DNA of 62,073 bases, the filler included, from Choristocarpus tenellus KU-1152 (taxonomy: Eukaryota > Protista > Phaeophyceae): the NCBI GenBank assembly GCA_964200185.2. It is 12 parts of 12 records of this genome, joined end to end, with 100 filler letters (N's around TTAATTAATTAA, not from the genome) between each part and the next. Parts side by side here need not be neighbours in the genome. Positions count along the whole stretch, not along the records: positions 1 to 10,164 come from CAXNAD020003107.1; positions 10,265 to 14,711 come from CAXNAD020014508.1; 10 more parts are not named here. One strand, 5' to 3'. The notes beneath the pieces were generated by a model that saw only the letters and a program-made list of their open reading frames with translations, ran no database searches and was not told where the DNA came from. Below, one piece after another: positions 1 to 13,420 of this stretch. Numbering within the stretch: position 1 is the first letter of the stretch; each line of letters starts with the position of its first letter. The translations under genes were made by a program, and so were the position numbers.

Positions 1-124
1 GGAAAAATTCGTACCCTCTAAGATAGTTTCACTCAATGACCATTCCCCTGCTGTCTCCTGTGGGAAGTCAAGCCCCAAACGGACAAAAAGGACAAAACTC
101 GTACCCTCTAAGATACTTTCACTC
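1..124. mobile_element. Two partial right ends of MITE family A
   Basis: TACCCTCTAAGATA(C/G)TTTCACTC ends at 34 and 124; the second is preceded by the GGGAAGTCAAGCCCCAAACGGACAAA subterminal motif. Confidence 0.8.
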
Positions 125-128
125 ATCA

Positions 129-3100
129 TCAAGGGCTAAGATATTGATGGTGATGACGATGTGGCTGTGAAGGGGAAGAATTGGAAGTCTTGTTTAGAGA
201 GTATTGATACCAAGGAATCATCCAATCATTGTGGTTAGCCCAGATGCCATAGGCCTTGGTGTGATCGATGCCATCATATAAGGAGCAAATCCACTCCTGA
301 TTGACCACCTCGATTGCTCGTTTTTGAAGGGCAGCTGCCACCTGCATGCATGCATGTATAGAGAGAGGGAGCAAGGGCAAGGGAAGATAGGGTTAGTGAT
401 AAAGGTGTGTATGTATGCATGCTCATGCTCTCTCTTTCTTGGCATTGTGCATTGGAGTATGTTTATCAGGGTGTATATCAATCTGACTAGAAGGCTGCAT
501 GGTACTATAAGCAGTGGTGCCTTGGGAACAATTTGGCTAACAGCTGCATATTGCATTCACAAGCACAAATTCAACGCTCCTGCGATCAATGAAGGCTTCA
601 AGTTTATACTGATGGAGAAAAGGACAACAAAATATCAACGACAAATAGAACTGCCCCTAGCGTTGTATACCAAACGTGTGCTACATACACAGATGTGCTA
701 ACACTAGTAAAAGTGTTTGAAGCACTCCAGGCAATGAGAGTGGGAAGGCCACGGGTCCAGATAATATTCCAGTCGAAATGCTGAAGTTTGGCCTATAGGA
801 GGATGAGATTGTCCCCAAGGCCTACTCACCATCGTATTGGCTGTATGTATGGAACCAGGAAGTTCTGCCACAGTTTTGGAAGGATGCAATCATCACAGTT
901 CTCCACAAGAAGGATCGAACAGATCATGGTAGCTACAGGGGCATATAATCGGCTGTATACACTGCAAACTTCTTCTCAAAGCTTTTGTGTGACGACTGGG
1001 AGCTTACCTGGAACGGGAGAACATACTTCATGGGGAACGGTGTGATTTCTGGCCCCAACGCTACACCATGGACATGATGTACACTGTATGTAACCCTTCA
1101 AGAGCTCTGTCTGGAACGGTGTGTGCCTTCATTCGTGTGTTCTATCAGAACTACAGGAAAAATATGAAGACTCTGTTAACCGCAATATTCTATGGGGTGT
1201 GCTTGCCAAATTTGGAATTGCTGGGAAGACTATCGCAGTCATCCACCAGTTCCATGATGAAATACAGGCATGTAAATAGATGAGTGGTGGAGAGTGTAGA
1301 CAATGGTTTGGGGTTGGACAGGACCTTCAAAAAAGGTCTGTTCTTACTGTGATCCTCCTCTTCAATACCTTCTCCACTGCAGTGCCAAGGGCTGCAATTA
1401 AGGAGTTCACCTCGGACCCCACCATCTCCAAGGACCTTGTAGAAATCAAGAGAGCGACCACAAACAATCACCAGATGAGGTGGAACAACAGGGAGTGGCA
1501 GATCGAAAGTATCCGGGGGGAGGGGGTTTTACACCAGGGTGTCCATTTGGACCACAACCAGGAAAAGTGCACATAGCTTATCCATCCGACAGAGGCAACC
1601 AAATCACCCAAAAATCGCGACATAAAAAAATTGGACCCAAATGGACAGCTGCCACCCTCCCCCAGATACTTTGAGTCGCATGTCATCAAATCCTGTGCAG
1701 TATGCCTTACACTGGCGATGCTGACATTGTGTCTGTCTCATGGGAATTTAGCACTCTGGTACTAGTGGTTTTGAGAGTGACTAGGTTGGCTGGACTGATT
1801 GTATCCGAGGTGAAGATTGAGACTATATATGCCTTTAAACCCCAAATTAAGCTGCAGGCATTATGGAGATCAACGCTCTGGGCCAGAACTATAAGTAGAC
1901 TGACAAGTTTGGTCGCCTTGGAGTCACTATCAGTGATGGGATCTGTTGATGGGTTCAAAGAGCATGGAATGGCTTCTGCCAATGCAGCTAAGGGCTCTAT
2001 GATAGGACCTTCAGTCTACCACTTGAGCTTAAGGTCGGAGCGTTATAAGATTACCCACTTGAGGTCATATAATATAGTTGCAAGGTATTGTTAAAGAAAC
2101 TCTTATTTCCCAAGTTGTGCATTTAGATGAACTGATTATCCAATTGCGTGGTTAGACAGGATACAGATGAAAAAAGGAGTGAGCCCTCATCCCCTAAGCA
2201 GGGCTCCCTTGTCACAAATAAGCTTTTTCGGTGGATAACTAATCGCTTATCACTCAATACCTGTCAATATGCTTACTATTCCTGAACCTTTTCCCTAAAT
2301 CATTATCCCATCATTACCTTCTGTTCTTGCAAATACAACAATTCTTCTCTTCCGTCAACTGACTGTATCTTGAACTATCTACTTTCACACAAGACTTGAA
2401 AGCATACTCTTCACACACTCCCCTCTTTTAACCTTCTGGTGCAAAAAGCTTCCTCGATCACCAACACAAAAATCAGTCCCACTTCATCCCAAATATGACA
2501 ATCCTAGAATGCCTATTGAAGGATTCCTTTGACAGACTCTCTGTGACAAGACCTGTGTGTTGGAACATAGTGGGCAGATACCCAATTGCAATCTTCCCTT
2601 CCCTCTCCAGCTGGCGCACATAGTATTACCTTGTATCTGTCTGCTTCATTCTCCTCCACTCTCTTGTTGATTGATGGTAGTTCGTTCACAAATTGTCCCA
2701 ATCCCATGTCTCTCTGTGAGGTCTCCCATGTACAAGCTCTGGTTCACCACAAGTGTCCCATCTTTGGTTGGAGGAAAGTCCTATCATCAAGCACGGTTTG
2801 AGCTCTCGGAGTCATTATATGCAAGCGATTATCCACTCTAGCATGCCCCTTGGAATCCCAGAGTGACCATAGATGAGATGGGCAGGAACACCATAAAAAA
2901 TTCGTTTGGGGACTTTGAGCAGGGATTAACATATGTCAGGGACAGGTTAGTAAGAATGTTGGTCATACTATGTGCCTCAGCCCACAATCCCAACTGATCC
3001 CCTAGACCAGCTACATGCATCACAACCGATCCTTTCTCAACAAGGCAATGGCGCATTCCACTTTCTCGTTGAGGCAAGGAGTTCCTGGCACAGTGTGGTC

Positions 3101-6100
3101 ATGCCTTATTTTGTGCTCTTCCAGTACAATCTCAAATCCAGTCCTCTTGAACTCCATCCCCTCATCAGTCCTCACACACCCAATGCGTACGTTCTACACA
3201 TCTGTCACATCACGGATGAATGCCCAGAACCTTGGCAGTCTTACCCTTGGATTGCAGGAATCTAATCCACCCCAACCGATTTTGTCATAAGCCATTACAA
3301 TAGACCACCCGGGCAGCTTGCCCTGAGCTTCGGTTCATTCAAATCAATGAAGACCCTGCCCAAACATTTCTCCCATTTTCTCGATGTCACCACCAGGACT
3401 GGTTTCTGAGAGAGCCAAATATCTTAAGAGGGTAGAGTCGCGTCAATTTGGGTGTCAAAATGCAATGTTGCAATTTGATGCAATTTTAGTTATTGTGTTT
3501 GTTAGGAAGTGTCAATATCTATGTTTCGGACACACCTTTTCACAACGTATACATTTTACCTACTCGGAAGCATTTCGGAGTAGGAAGATGTCATAAAAAA
3601 CCCATGGGAAGCCAAGCCCCAAATAGACAAACAGGGAAAATTTCGTAGAGTGAAAGTATCTTGGAGGGTACAAGTTTAGCCCTATTTCTCCATTTGGGGC
3701 AGGCCTTTCACAGGTTCATAATGTTGCACTCCCTCGCTTGGCCCCCACAGGGCAGCAACATGTGCTACAGCCTAAGGTCAGCTCCCCAGTTGCCCCAACA
3801 TCCTCTTCTGACTTTCCATTCACTCCAGTTGACCTCCCAGGATCTACATCAGCTCTAGCCACCCTCAACGCAAGTCCCTCCTCCCCAACACTCCCCCCTG
3901 CGATGATGGCATGTAAAAGAACCCCTCCAAGGGTAACCTCACTTGTCTCTACAACATGCTCCTCTGACCTCGTAGTTTCCCCAAATGTAGTGACAAATCA
4001 CCTATGCCTGCAACTCGAACCATTCCATCACCAACCATCACTGATGTTTTACAATAAAGTCGGGATATCTGCCATGTGCCTTGAACACCCACTGTCAAAT
4101 AACCAAAGGTCATCCTGTTCTTGAGTGCTCCCATCGTCTCTTACAAACAAGAATCCACAAACCCGTACTGATGTACCATTACTTTTGCATTCTCCATCTC
4201 CAATGTCTTCAGCGCGGTTACAATCTCCTCTTTATTCCCCTTCGCCTTTCTCCTCTTCTTTCTCATATCCGATCCACACATCCTGGTTGCCAACCTCAAT
4301 ACTTTCTTGTAGGCCAAGCTCTCGCACAGGCTCCACCTGATATCAGTGCCTCATGATTACTTTGCAGCTGTCTGCTGCGTTGACACTTTCACATCTCCAC
4401 GAAATAATCCTCTATGATGCATTTGTGCACTGCACTTGGTTGCACCTCCTCGCTAGGCCCAACAAGTGATCACACCTTCCCTGAATGAAGAAAATTATTG
4501 CTTGGCTTGAATCCTACTTTGACTCGTTCGGTTGTCCTATCTCTGGTGAATGGTTCCAAAGGGCCTCTTATGTTTCAGACTGGAAATTGTGGTTGTCCAC
4601 AATCTGTAATGTTAAACCACTGAAGCTTATCATTAATTAAGACCACCGCCCCCATGCTTGCTTGCTTCTCGACCTCATCCTGCCATGTCAAATCTTACCA
4701 AGCCCACCCTAGTACGGTCTTGAGCAAAGAGAGCGCCCTTCCATCCACCCATAAATAGATGTACACATACGGAAACTTCTCTCATAATTGGGGAATCCTT
4801 CACCGCCATCATCACCACTGTACACCTGAATCCCAGTTGGAGTGGGATAAGTCCCTTCAGGCCCTCTCCTGCAGTCCTACTTCGGTTCATGGTTTTGCCA
4901 ACCGCCTCTTCCTTAACTTAGAAGTCTACCTCAATTTCCTCTATGCCATCTTCGACTGCTGCAGGTTCTTGGGTTACTGCCCCTCCTCCATATTAACTAC
5001 ACCACACCTGAGATCATCGTATGGCTATCTCCATCAGGACTCCCCTTCCAATCATCTCTTGCTAGCCTTGAAAGATTAGCACACACAAAAAGACGTACTA
5101 GCTAACAAGGTAAAGACGCTGTTGTTTACCTGGATTTGTTGATATAGATACATTGTTTATTTCCTTACGGGATTGGACAGGATGTTTTGCATCATAAAAC
5201 ACTCGCTGCTGACTACTTCCTACAATGTTTCCTTCCTCAACTCTTTTAATTCCGGTTCATTAACCCATACCTGCCTTCTATTCTCTGTAACACAATGTTT
5301 TCATATTCCATGAACTGGTTGTTTCTTACACAATCTACCATCACACAAGAGCTGAAAGCATGTTCTTTGACAGATATGGACACTCCATCAGGTCTGCCAT
5401 ATAAAGCTTCATTCCTATCAACACAAATATCTTGCTATGTTGCATCAGGTTTCGCAAACAGGAACAAATCGATCCATACTGTCCTATGAAGACGCCCTTG
5501 TAAAGACTGGGTGTGGTAGTATTGAGGCGAACATGTGAATAAGGAGAGTTCTAGATTTGCAGGGTCAATTGCACACATGGGAAGATGAGTCACCTCAAAA
5601 GGTGTTGATTTTTAGGGAGCATAGAAGTAAGACACAGAGGCAAGGTGGACAGGAAAAGAACTGGTGGACGGACTGTAACACGCCCTTCAGAAGTTTGGGA
5701 TCACAGTTTAGGGATGGTACAGAGGGGCATTCAACCAACAGAGGTGGTAAAAGTGTGTGGTTGGCAGCACAAAGAGCTTTTTGGCAGGGTGACATTCAAA
5801 GGAAGCCATGATAGCTGATGTATGTTGTGCTAAAGTAGGAGCTAAGGCAGCCCAAGTAACCAACATCACCACCAAGGTCTGCTGAATGCTGCTTTCTCAT
5901 TTTACTGATCTTCTAGGATTGATTATTGTGTCTCTTTCCACCTACTTTCTCTTGTGTGACGTGGGATAAATGACAGATTCGGATTGGATGGGCCTGATGT
6001 GAATCAAAATTCTTGTTTATGGTATTAGTGCATTACACGTAGTTTCTCTTTGCTACCCTTGAAGGCATGCTAAATCAATTGTATTTACTCTTTCTTCTTA

Positions 6101-9100
6101 TATGATACTTACATCTCCCCAACACTGTATATTGTCTTCCATTGACTACTTTTCAATCAAGGATCTGGAACCCCTCAGGCTAATGTGAAGAGCAATAATG
6201 ATAGATAAATTAATAATAATAATAATAAAAAGACGTCAATCAATGCCTCTTAACCATCTTCATCCTATAGTAGTTGCAAATACACACTGCAGCATGATGC
6301 AATGTAATTAGAGAAATACAAGTAAAAAGACCAACATATTCAAAATAACTACACACCTTGAACATTAAATACATATATATACCCTTGCAACTACAACACC
6401 CAATACCCTCCTACTCCCCCTGTGGCTAACTTCATCTTGGTACCAGAAGAAGTATCTTCATAGAATGTAACATTGTCGATACAGATGTATTCAAATTTGA
6501 CTGGAATCTAACCCTAACCCTAAGCAAATAAAATGAGTATCAACATGTTGTCTAGTTACAGAGTTGTAGACATGAGGTTCAGAAATTAAGTTGAGCACAT
6601 ACATGCAGCGAACACTACTGATATCTACTAGAATATCCCACCTCAACGAGTCCTGTTCACACCAACACCAACCAAAGTGATGCTACCACATCAAAGCCAA
6701 CCAACAAACATGGTCTATTCAACAGCTTCATGCATTGCTGTATGATTGTTGTAGTGTTCTTACCTTGGGGTAATCATCTATCAGATTGAACTCTTCTCTT
6801 GGATCGTCTTGAAGGTTGAACAGGTAGTCTGCTGAAATTTTTCCAGTGGCATAACAACTCATTCCACACTCAAAGCACTCTCTTTGCAACTTGCAGATAT
6901 CACCACTTAACAAGTGGTCCTGGGGCACAACAAACGAGAAATTTCTTTGAAAAGTCCACAGTTGCTGCAGGGAAGTAAACTCTGGGCACTGCTGCATAAC
7001 ACATATCAATCTATCTATCTCCATAATGCACAGGATAACAAAACTATCCATACACTTCGATTGAAACAAAAAATGAATAAGTTAGAGGAAAACCCTTCAC
7101 ACCGTTTAATAACCACCGTACTGTGTCTTAAATTGCATTTTTGCAAAACAAAACGTTGCTCATGGGGGGCTGACACTTTCACTCTACAGGAAGGTCTTCT
7201 TTCAAAGACAATTGGATGAAAAAGATGACTATCCTCGGTAAACTTACCGGTACTTACCCTCAATAACTGGACCATTCTCATACAGCTCTAAGGTAGTCTT
7301 GACATTCACAAGCAGGCACATCAAAACAAGTCAAAAATCATCTCACAAGCACTTTAAGGACATCCTTACAACAGCTTACACTCCTGTTGTGTAGCACTCC
7401 AGAGTACCTTTTTTTAACAAAGTAAAACAAGACAACTCTGTACATACTAGTAGGAGTAGGTGGAAACCTTTCACAATCCTTGCAAACTTGACAAGGAGCT
7501 TAAACCTATCAAAAAATAAAAACAGTTCGCAGCAAGAAAACAGGCCATGCATACTCAATTTTTTTTAATCCTTCGACAATGGTCCCGAATGAGAACAGTT
7601 TCATATGAGCAGCTGATACCAGGGCCCTACACGGTTGCACTTTCACTGCTCGGCAGGTTTGTAACTGTGAAGGCATGTCCAATCAGATGCCAACAGTGCA
7701 TGTAACCATGAGAGATGCTGACTTAATCACAAGGACCGCCACGATAAGAAACAATTGCAGAAGGACCTTCAAACCTAGGGTTTGATGTAGCAACATAAAG
7801 ATACACAAGAAAATCTTTACAGTAGAGTTACAGTACAGTTATGGTAGGGGTTCTCATTTGAACTCAAAAGTATGATCCAGTCTGCACTTGGAGTTCTGTC
7901 CTTGACAGTATGAATGGTCAGGGTTTTCTTCTCACTCGATGGACTTTGACAGGAGTATGTAGTCATGGTCTAACCTGTCCTCCCCACAGTCAACGGCGAT
8001 GCCAGCATAACCTTCCAATGGTTAAGCATGGTAACGACAGGGGCTCTAAGCTGATAGCAGCAAAGGTCTTGGCGATCAAAATATATAATACTTACTACAC
8101 ACTATTAACCATCCAGCTCTCTCCAAAATCAAAAACAACAAAATCACTTAAGTATTTCATCCCTTATGCGTGCATCACCTGTGTTCTAAAACATACTATG
8201 TATCGCACTTTATTGACAATTTACAGTACAATACCAATGGAACAAATAAGATACTTAAATCTTTACCAAATGTACAGTTAACATATCTACATTCTTACAT
8301 TCTCACAGTGTACCACTGGATGGTGTGGTCATATACATATCAGTGCAACCCAGCCGATACTATTGTACCATGATCATGGTCATTTGAAAACTGGACAGTA
8401 AGATGTCGTCATTGTACAGTAATACCATCTGGATTGCAGGGTACAGTAGGGTCAATAGCACTCACGATCACCACAGTACAGTTACGGAATTGTTACAGTC
8501 GTGGTTTTCCAACAGTAGGGTTCCAGTGCAAACTAACTGTCAACATTTTCCCCGACTATAACTGTAGTGTAACCACTAAGCAATCACTGTTTTAACTGTG
8601 GTCACAACAACTGTGTAGGGCCCTGGTTGATACTACCGATTACAACTGTCAGGACCATCAACTCAAGCAAGGAAGGTTCTAAGAATGTTCCACAACACTG
8701 TTCAAACTATATCTTCACAATGGTACTATTGGACATGCAAATGGTTGCACACACACACACACACACACAAATGTAGTACTGCTATATTATCTTACTGTGA
8801 GAAATGGACCAGTAGTATACAAGTTCACCCTTACTGTGATTGTGTTGTCCAAGGAATAGTATCCCGAGCACCACTCATTGAAGATCATCTTCCAATTTCC
8901 GGACCTGAATGCTCCCTTGGGTGGATGTTGAACTAATCTGCATGCATGAGAAGAGACGAAAGATCTTACCATACTACACAATACAGGGGAGCAAATGGCA
9001 TCAAAAGAAACTGGAGGTAACCCCTGACCACAATGCAAAAAAACACCACACTTCCAGCAACAACATCATGTTTCAACTCTTCTGAGAAGAGAGGAATTCA

Positions 9101-10078
9101 AAAAACCCGTATTCAACTCCGAGTGTAATCATCTTTCTACTCCAAGAGTGACACCATGTATCATCTTAGTCACACTCCTCTATCGTACCTAAAAATTGGA
9201 AGGCTTCCTCGATACTATCAACATTTTCCCTAAATGAGGATTACCTTTCTGATTCTGACAGTAAAATCGAGAAATGCTAACTCAGTCCTACTGCCAACTA
9301 TACACCACCTTTTCACCACTTGTCACCAAAAGCATCGCCATTCTGACATCAAATGGGGGGCTGGTTTAGAACCTTGACCTTTGCCTGCTAAAATTGCTTT
9401 TCAACATGACAGCTGACCTTGTGTCCAAGGCCATTGTATCAAGAGGGACTAGGCTGCCACAACACAGTAGTTAGGTTGAACACCAAAGCTACCAAGACAA
9501 GAGACACCCACATACCATGTGTTCACTTTTCCCCACCCCTCCTTCATTCCTACTACATACCCTCTGATTGACAGGATAACAGCAAGGGATAAGGTTAGGT
9601 GATTCATGCCAAGAAACATAACACGAAGGGAAATGATTATATTAATTTTATCAAAATTATATTTGCGATAAGAGTAGTAGACAGGATGTAAGAAAAATAT
9701 TCAAGGGATAATGTGGTACCAAGAGAATTTATCTGCACCAATTGACCAACCATGGCATAACAAGCTTTTATCACTTCTACACATTATTTCCCATCTAATG
9801 TAAAAACCAACCCCCCTGTTTTGTCAATAGTAAAGACTGCTACAACTAATTACACAAGTCATTAACCATAGCCCAATTTAGTGGGATAGCAACGTACTTT
9901 GTACCTTCAGTCCTAACCATAACCATAACCATAACCCAATTTAACTCACTTCTCCTGATCATCATCCCACACGTACTGGTTCCAATTGTATAGAAGTTCA
10001 CTGCGAGGGTCCATGTACACGTCATCTGATGGACGGCAATCAAAAGGCCACTGGTCCACACCATCCAGATCACCAGCC
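129..10078 (-). CDS. Arylsulfatase (S1 sulfatase family, ARSB/ARSJ-like), 3' four exons; 5' part lies beyond the contig end
   Basis: Exons 10078-9950 (GDLDGVDQWPFD...PRSELLYNWNQY), 8937-8835 (KGAFRSGNWKMIFNEW), 6919-6764 (YLFNLQDDPREEFNLIDDYPK) and 341-129 (VAAALQKRA...DWMIPWY...stop). All GT-AG with matching phases. LDGxDQW, RxGxWK and LFNLxxDPxExxNL are C-terminal S1 sulfatase motifs. Confidence 0.88.
760..2090 (+). mobile_element. Degenerate RTE-type LINE reverse transcriptase fragment in the sulfatase intron, split by a MITE
   Basis: Across frameshifts: WKDAIITVLHKKDRTDHGSYRGI, MDMMYTV, VGQDLQKRSVLTVILLFNTF (QG motif), MPYTGDADIV (decayed YADD), GLIVSEVKIET. Confidence 0.8.
1501..1677. 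mobile_element. MITE family B, full copy (177 bp)
   Basis: Imperfect TIRs GATCGAAAGTATCCGGGGG / CCCCCAGATACTTTGAGTC; 3-bp TSD GCA; interrupts the LINE RT. Confidence 0.85.
2500..5050 (-). mobile_element. Degenerate Ty1/Copia gag-protease-integrase fragment
   Basis: Protease WLFDSGCSRHMAD (~4065-4105). Integrase core RLGWIRFLQSK, VRTDEGMEFKRTGF, HTVPGTPCLNEKVE, LWAEA (~2970-3290). PR-before-IN order fits Copia. Boundaries approximate. Confidence 0.8.
3412..3700. mobile_element. MITE family A copy plus a second terminal fragment, inserted in the Copia relic
   Basis: Matches the A consensus including the internal hairpin; a new GAGTGAAAGTATCTT end starts at ~3648. Confidence 0.8.
5440..6150 (+). 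mobile_element. RTE LINE 3' fragment (C-terminus of ORF and 3' UTR)
   Basis: LSYEDALVKTGCGSIEA...RQGGQEKNWW; visibly homologous to 56260-56900. Confidence 0.7.
7620..8625. mobile_element. Non-autonomous hAT-like DNA transposon (1006 bp) in a sulfatase intron
   Basis: 18-bp TIR CAGGGCCCTACAC(G/A)GTTG at both ends; 8-bp TSD GCTGATAC/GTTGATAC; many short ACAGT/ACTGT subterminal motifs. Confidence 0.82.
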
Positions 10079-10164
10079 CTATCGTAAGTTTATAGTATTT
10101 ATAGTATGGTATAGTATATACAGTGAGGTATCAGAACAAGTAAATAACAATGGATAAAATGGAA

Positions 10165-10264
10165 NNNNNNNNNNNNNNNNNNNNNNNNNNNNNNNNNNNN
10201 NNNNNNNNTTAATTAATTAANNNNNNNNNNNNNNNNNNNNNNNNNNNNNNNNNNNNNNNNNNNN
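10165..10264. other. Artificial contig linker; same linker at 14712-14811, 18168-18267, 26205-26304, 30357-30456, 36375-36474, 40244-40343, 44827-44926, 51427-51526, 55815-55914, 59135-59234
   Basis: Identical 100-bp N-TTAATTAATTAA-N spacer that gives stops in all six frames. Confidence 0.98.
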
Positions 10265-12779
10265 GACTGCGACCAGGCACAACTTGCCCAATTTAAAGCA
10301 CAGGATATTCTGGGTTCGAAACAATAGACTTCATTACTGGAGTTTGGGCTTATCAACCCAGGCAACAGACGAAGAGGTGTGTATGAAAGAGCTGTGGGGA
10401 CAAACCATGTACAAAGTGATTTAGTTTAGGGAAAACGTATTGTAGCCTACGCAGTATAAATAGTACAACTTCGAAAAAGTGTCCATAATGTGATGTCTTT
10501 TTTAAACTACCCTATTCTTGGAAATCTTACCACACACAGATATCCAATCAGATTCTGACCACCCCTTTCCTCAGCAGTCCCCCGCATTCTATGCACCACC
10601 ACCATTTGATGTTCACATCACTCTCTCAGGAGATGTATCACACACCAAACTTCCACACCCACCATATCCTTGCTCCCTATAAGATCACATCATTGTCCAC
10701 AACTCCATAGTATTTCACAGAATTGTTTCGAGACTGCTGGGAGGCTTGAAATTGTTGCACAGAAATGTGAATGCAACACTTGATAGATCAGATGTACGTT
10801 AAAGAGTATCTTTGTCTGCCACAATACATCTATAATTTATTGTTTGCATGGCAACATGGCATGCAAAACAGCACACTTTGTCAAAATTCATGTTTACCTC
10901 GTATTTAATACACTAGTATGCACAACTAAGGATCTCCTGCAAAGGTAGAATGAACTGCGAGCAAAGTTGCAAAGTTGAAGTCATCATACAACCTGTCCCC
11001 ACCATGCCTTTTGCTTGGCAGTTGGACAGTGTTTCCTGAACGAGCTCAAAACATAGGTTACTGGAGGTCAGATTTCAACCTAAACCCTGCAGTGTTGCCA
11101 GATAACGTTGCAGTCATTTTGAGCATGTACTCTACAATTCTAGGCTCTCACCACTCAACTTGCTGTTCCTTCCTCTGTCCTTACGGCTTCTTGTCCCCAT
11201 TGTGCTGGTACCAGATGGCCAAGGCGCTCCAAATAGTTGCCTCCTCTCAGTACCCCCTCCAAGATAACGTCCCCAGAGGCGTTGACGTGAGTGCAGGGGA
11301 CGCCCATGGACTTCAAGTCCAATCTGGAGTCGTGGCTGGTGCACCTGCAGGCACCGGGATTGGAGGAGGGTGTAGCGCAGCTGGGGCAGGGGGGTCATCG
11401 AGGGAACGCCAAGGGGAAGAGGAGGTATCATCGCATGCCTTCACCAAGCCACCTGGACCTGGCAAAGCTTGTACCAGGGGGAAGGAGAGGAGAGAGAGGG
11501 AAGTCCTTGGCAAAGCAGTGACTTGGAGGGAAGCCCGAATCTGCCGATACAAGAATAGGCAGAGGAGGGACAGGGAAACGGCCAAGACCACGGCCAGGTG
11601 GGAGGGCATGGCCCATGCGAAAATACTCTCCAGGGGGGTATGCGTGAGGACAGCGGAAGGGACAGAAGAGCCCCCCATGGTCGTGGAGAACGGAGGCACA
11701 GAGGCGAATCCCTTCAATGAGGAACATCTACCTTCAAGGACAGAGGGCCTGCAGGATGCAGGTAGGCGGTTGACCACTTATGGTGGAGGAGACAGTGGAG
11801 GTGAGGTCTGATTCTAAACGCAGTATCGTCAGCAGCAGTATCAATGAGACCACGTTACACTGTGGAGAGGTACTGTGGAGGTCTACGGACGAAGGGCTTT
11901 GCCTGTGGCTAGTCCTAAAACGATATTTGAGATGGGAGATGGCAGTTTGATTTGGCCATGTGTTGCCAAATGTGTCAAAACGTTATACCTCCAGACCCCC
12001 TGTAGAGGAATATGCCCTTTGTGCTTGTTCAAAGACTTCCTGGTCAAAGCATCCATTCACACTCCCCGGCCCTTATGCGATGTGTATCATGCACATATTC
12101 CAAAGCATACTAAATACTTCTTCCAAACCCTCATGCATTTACATCGTATCTCTACTCTCCATGGGTAAACACCAACACAAAGATGAGGCCCGGGTAGGAA
12201 CTTGGTCCTGGACTCCGATACCACAACCTGGAGCTGATCAAGCTGAGGGAGGAGGACCTACCCAGGATACTCTCTACGATGTGAGCTCAGCTGGCGTGGG
12301 AGGACGACAGGTGTGATTGACTCGCTGGACATGAAAATACTACTCGAATACATTAGGTTATGATATGTCGAAATATTCTTACCTACAGAAGCCCTGCATG
12401 AACCGAATGTCTAGCATAATCATGTATTGACCAAAGTCAGTCGTAACAAGGACGATATTTTGCACCTGGGATACATGGATCTTGATACCTAGATAGGTCA
12501 TACAAGAGAAACGCACATGGTTGACCTGCAGGTATGTGATCATTACTTCGTGCTACTGTGAGACTAAAAACGTGAGCTTTGAAAAGAGAGGATTTATCAG
12601 CGAATTACAGATAAAGACCTGGTCGTGTATATTTCAAGGTCTATCCATTGTTGGCCCCCCCTCCGAGCTCCACGCACATGCTCCAAAGTATGTTTGTGTC
12701 CTGGTGTACTTACTGGAGTACCTACCCTCCTACCCGAAAGGATGCCCACCCTATCAACATACTCTCTGGGGGTGTTTCG

Positions 12780-13420
12780 AATCACAAGATTTTGTTAAAT
12801 ATTTACCTATCGTATCAAGAACACAGTCCATAAGGTTCTGATCATCAATATAGAATGCCAACAGTATTGTCAGTTTGGTGGACTAACAATTTCTACAGAG
12901 AAAACATTAGAAGAAACTTCACGAAACATCTAGGCACCACTAACGAGATTCTCTTCTATCATGCCATCACTCTACACAAACATCCAACCTTATCATGCCC
13001 ATCTTGCTATCAATCAAGCGCATTGTCACAGTTACATCCCATCCTAACTCCAAACACACACTTGAAAAAATGTCTCTCTTCTGGGACGATGATATCAAGA
13101 TCTTGGCAGATAGGGTTTCGTCAGACCAAGAAGCTGGGGCAATGTCCTCTTCGCTACCCGACCTTGCTTGGAGTCAATCCTTTGTGCAACCAGACGGCAG
13201 CACATACTGCAGTGGGTGGTATCAGACGTATTGGCCACATAGTTAACAGTGTTGTTTGAGAGTGAAGATGTAGACAAAGAGCAGACTAGGGTTAATGTGC
13301 GATGTGGTAGGCAGTAGGGAAATTATGTGGGGTTTGGACCACTTCTATACTTCATTATACCGGCGATCATCACTATTTTTGTTGCGTATATGACAACAAA
13401 TCTCTGATTTTTTATTATTT
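12780..13420 (+). pseudogene. Decayed DDE_Tnp_4 transposase (ISL2EU/Harbinger-like)
   Basis: Ordered motifs: WW...RENIRRNF, TNEILF (cf. DCTEIF), ILTPN, DDIKILADR followed by frameshifted GF (cf. ILADRGF), EDVDKEQTRVNVR, IITIFVAYMTTN. Confidence 0.5.

Noticed and set aside
6380-6508. Short open segment (IPVKFEYICIDN...) as a sulfatase exon
   Set aside because: The exon at 341-129 continues the sulfatase C-terminus better; this segment has no sulfatase similarity.
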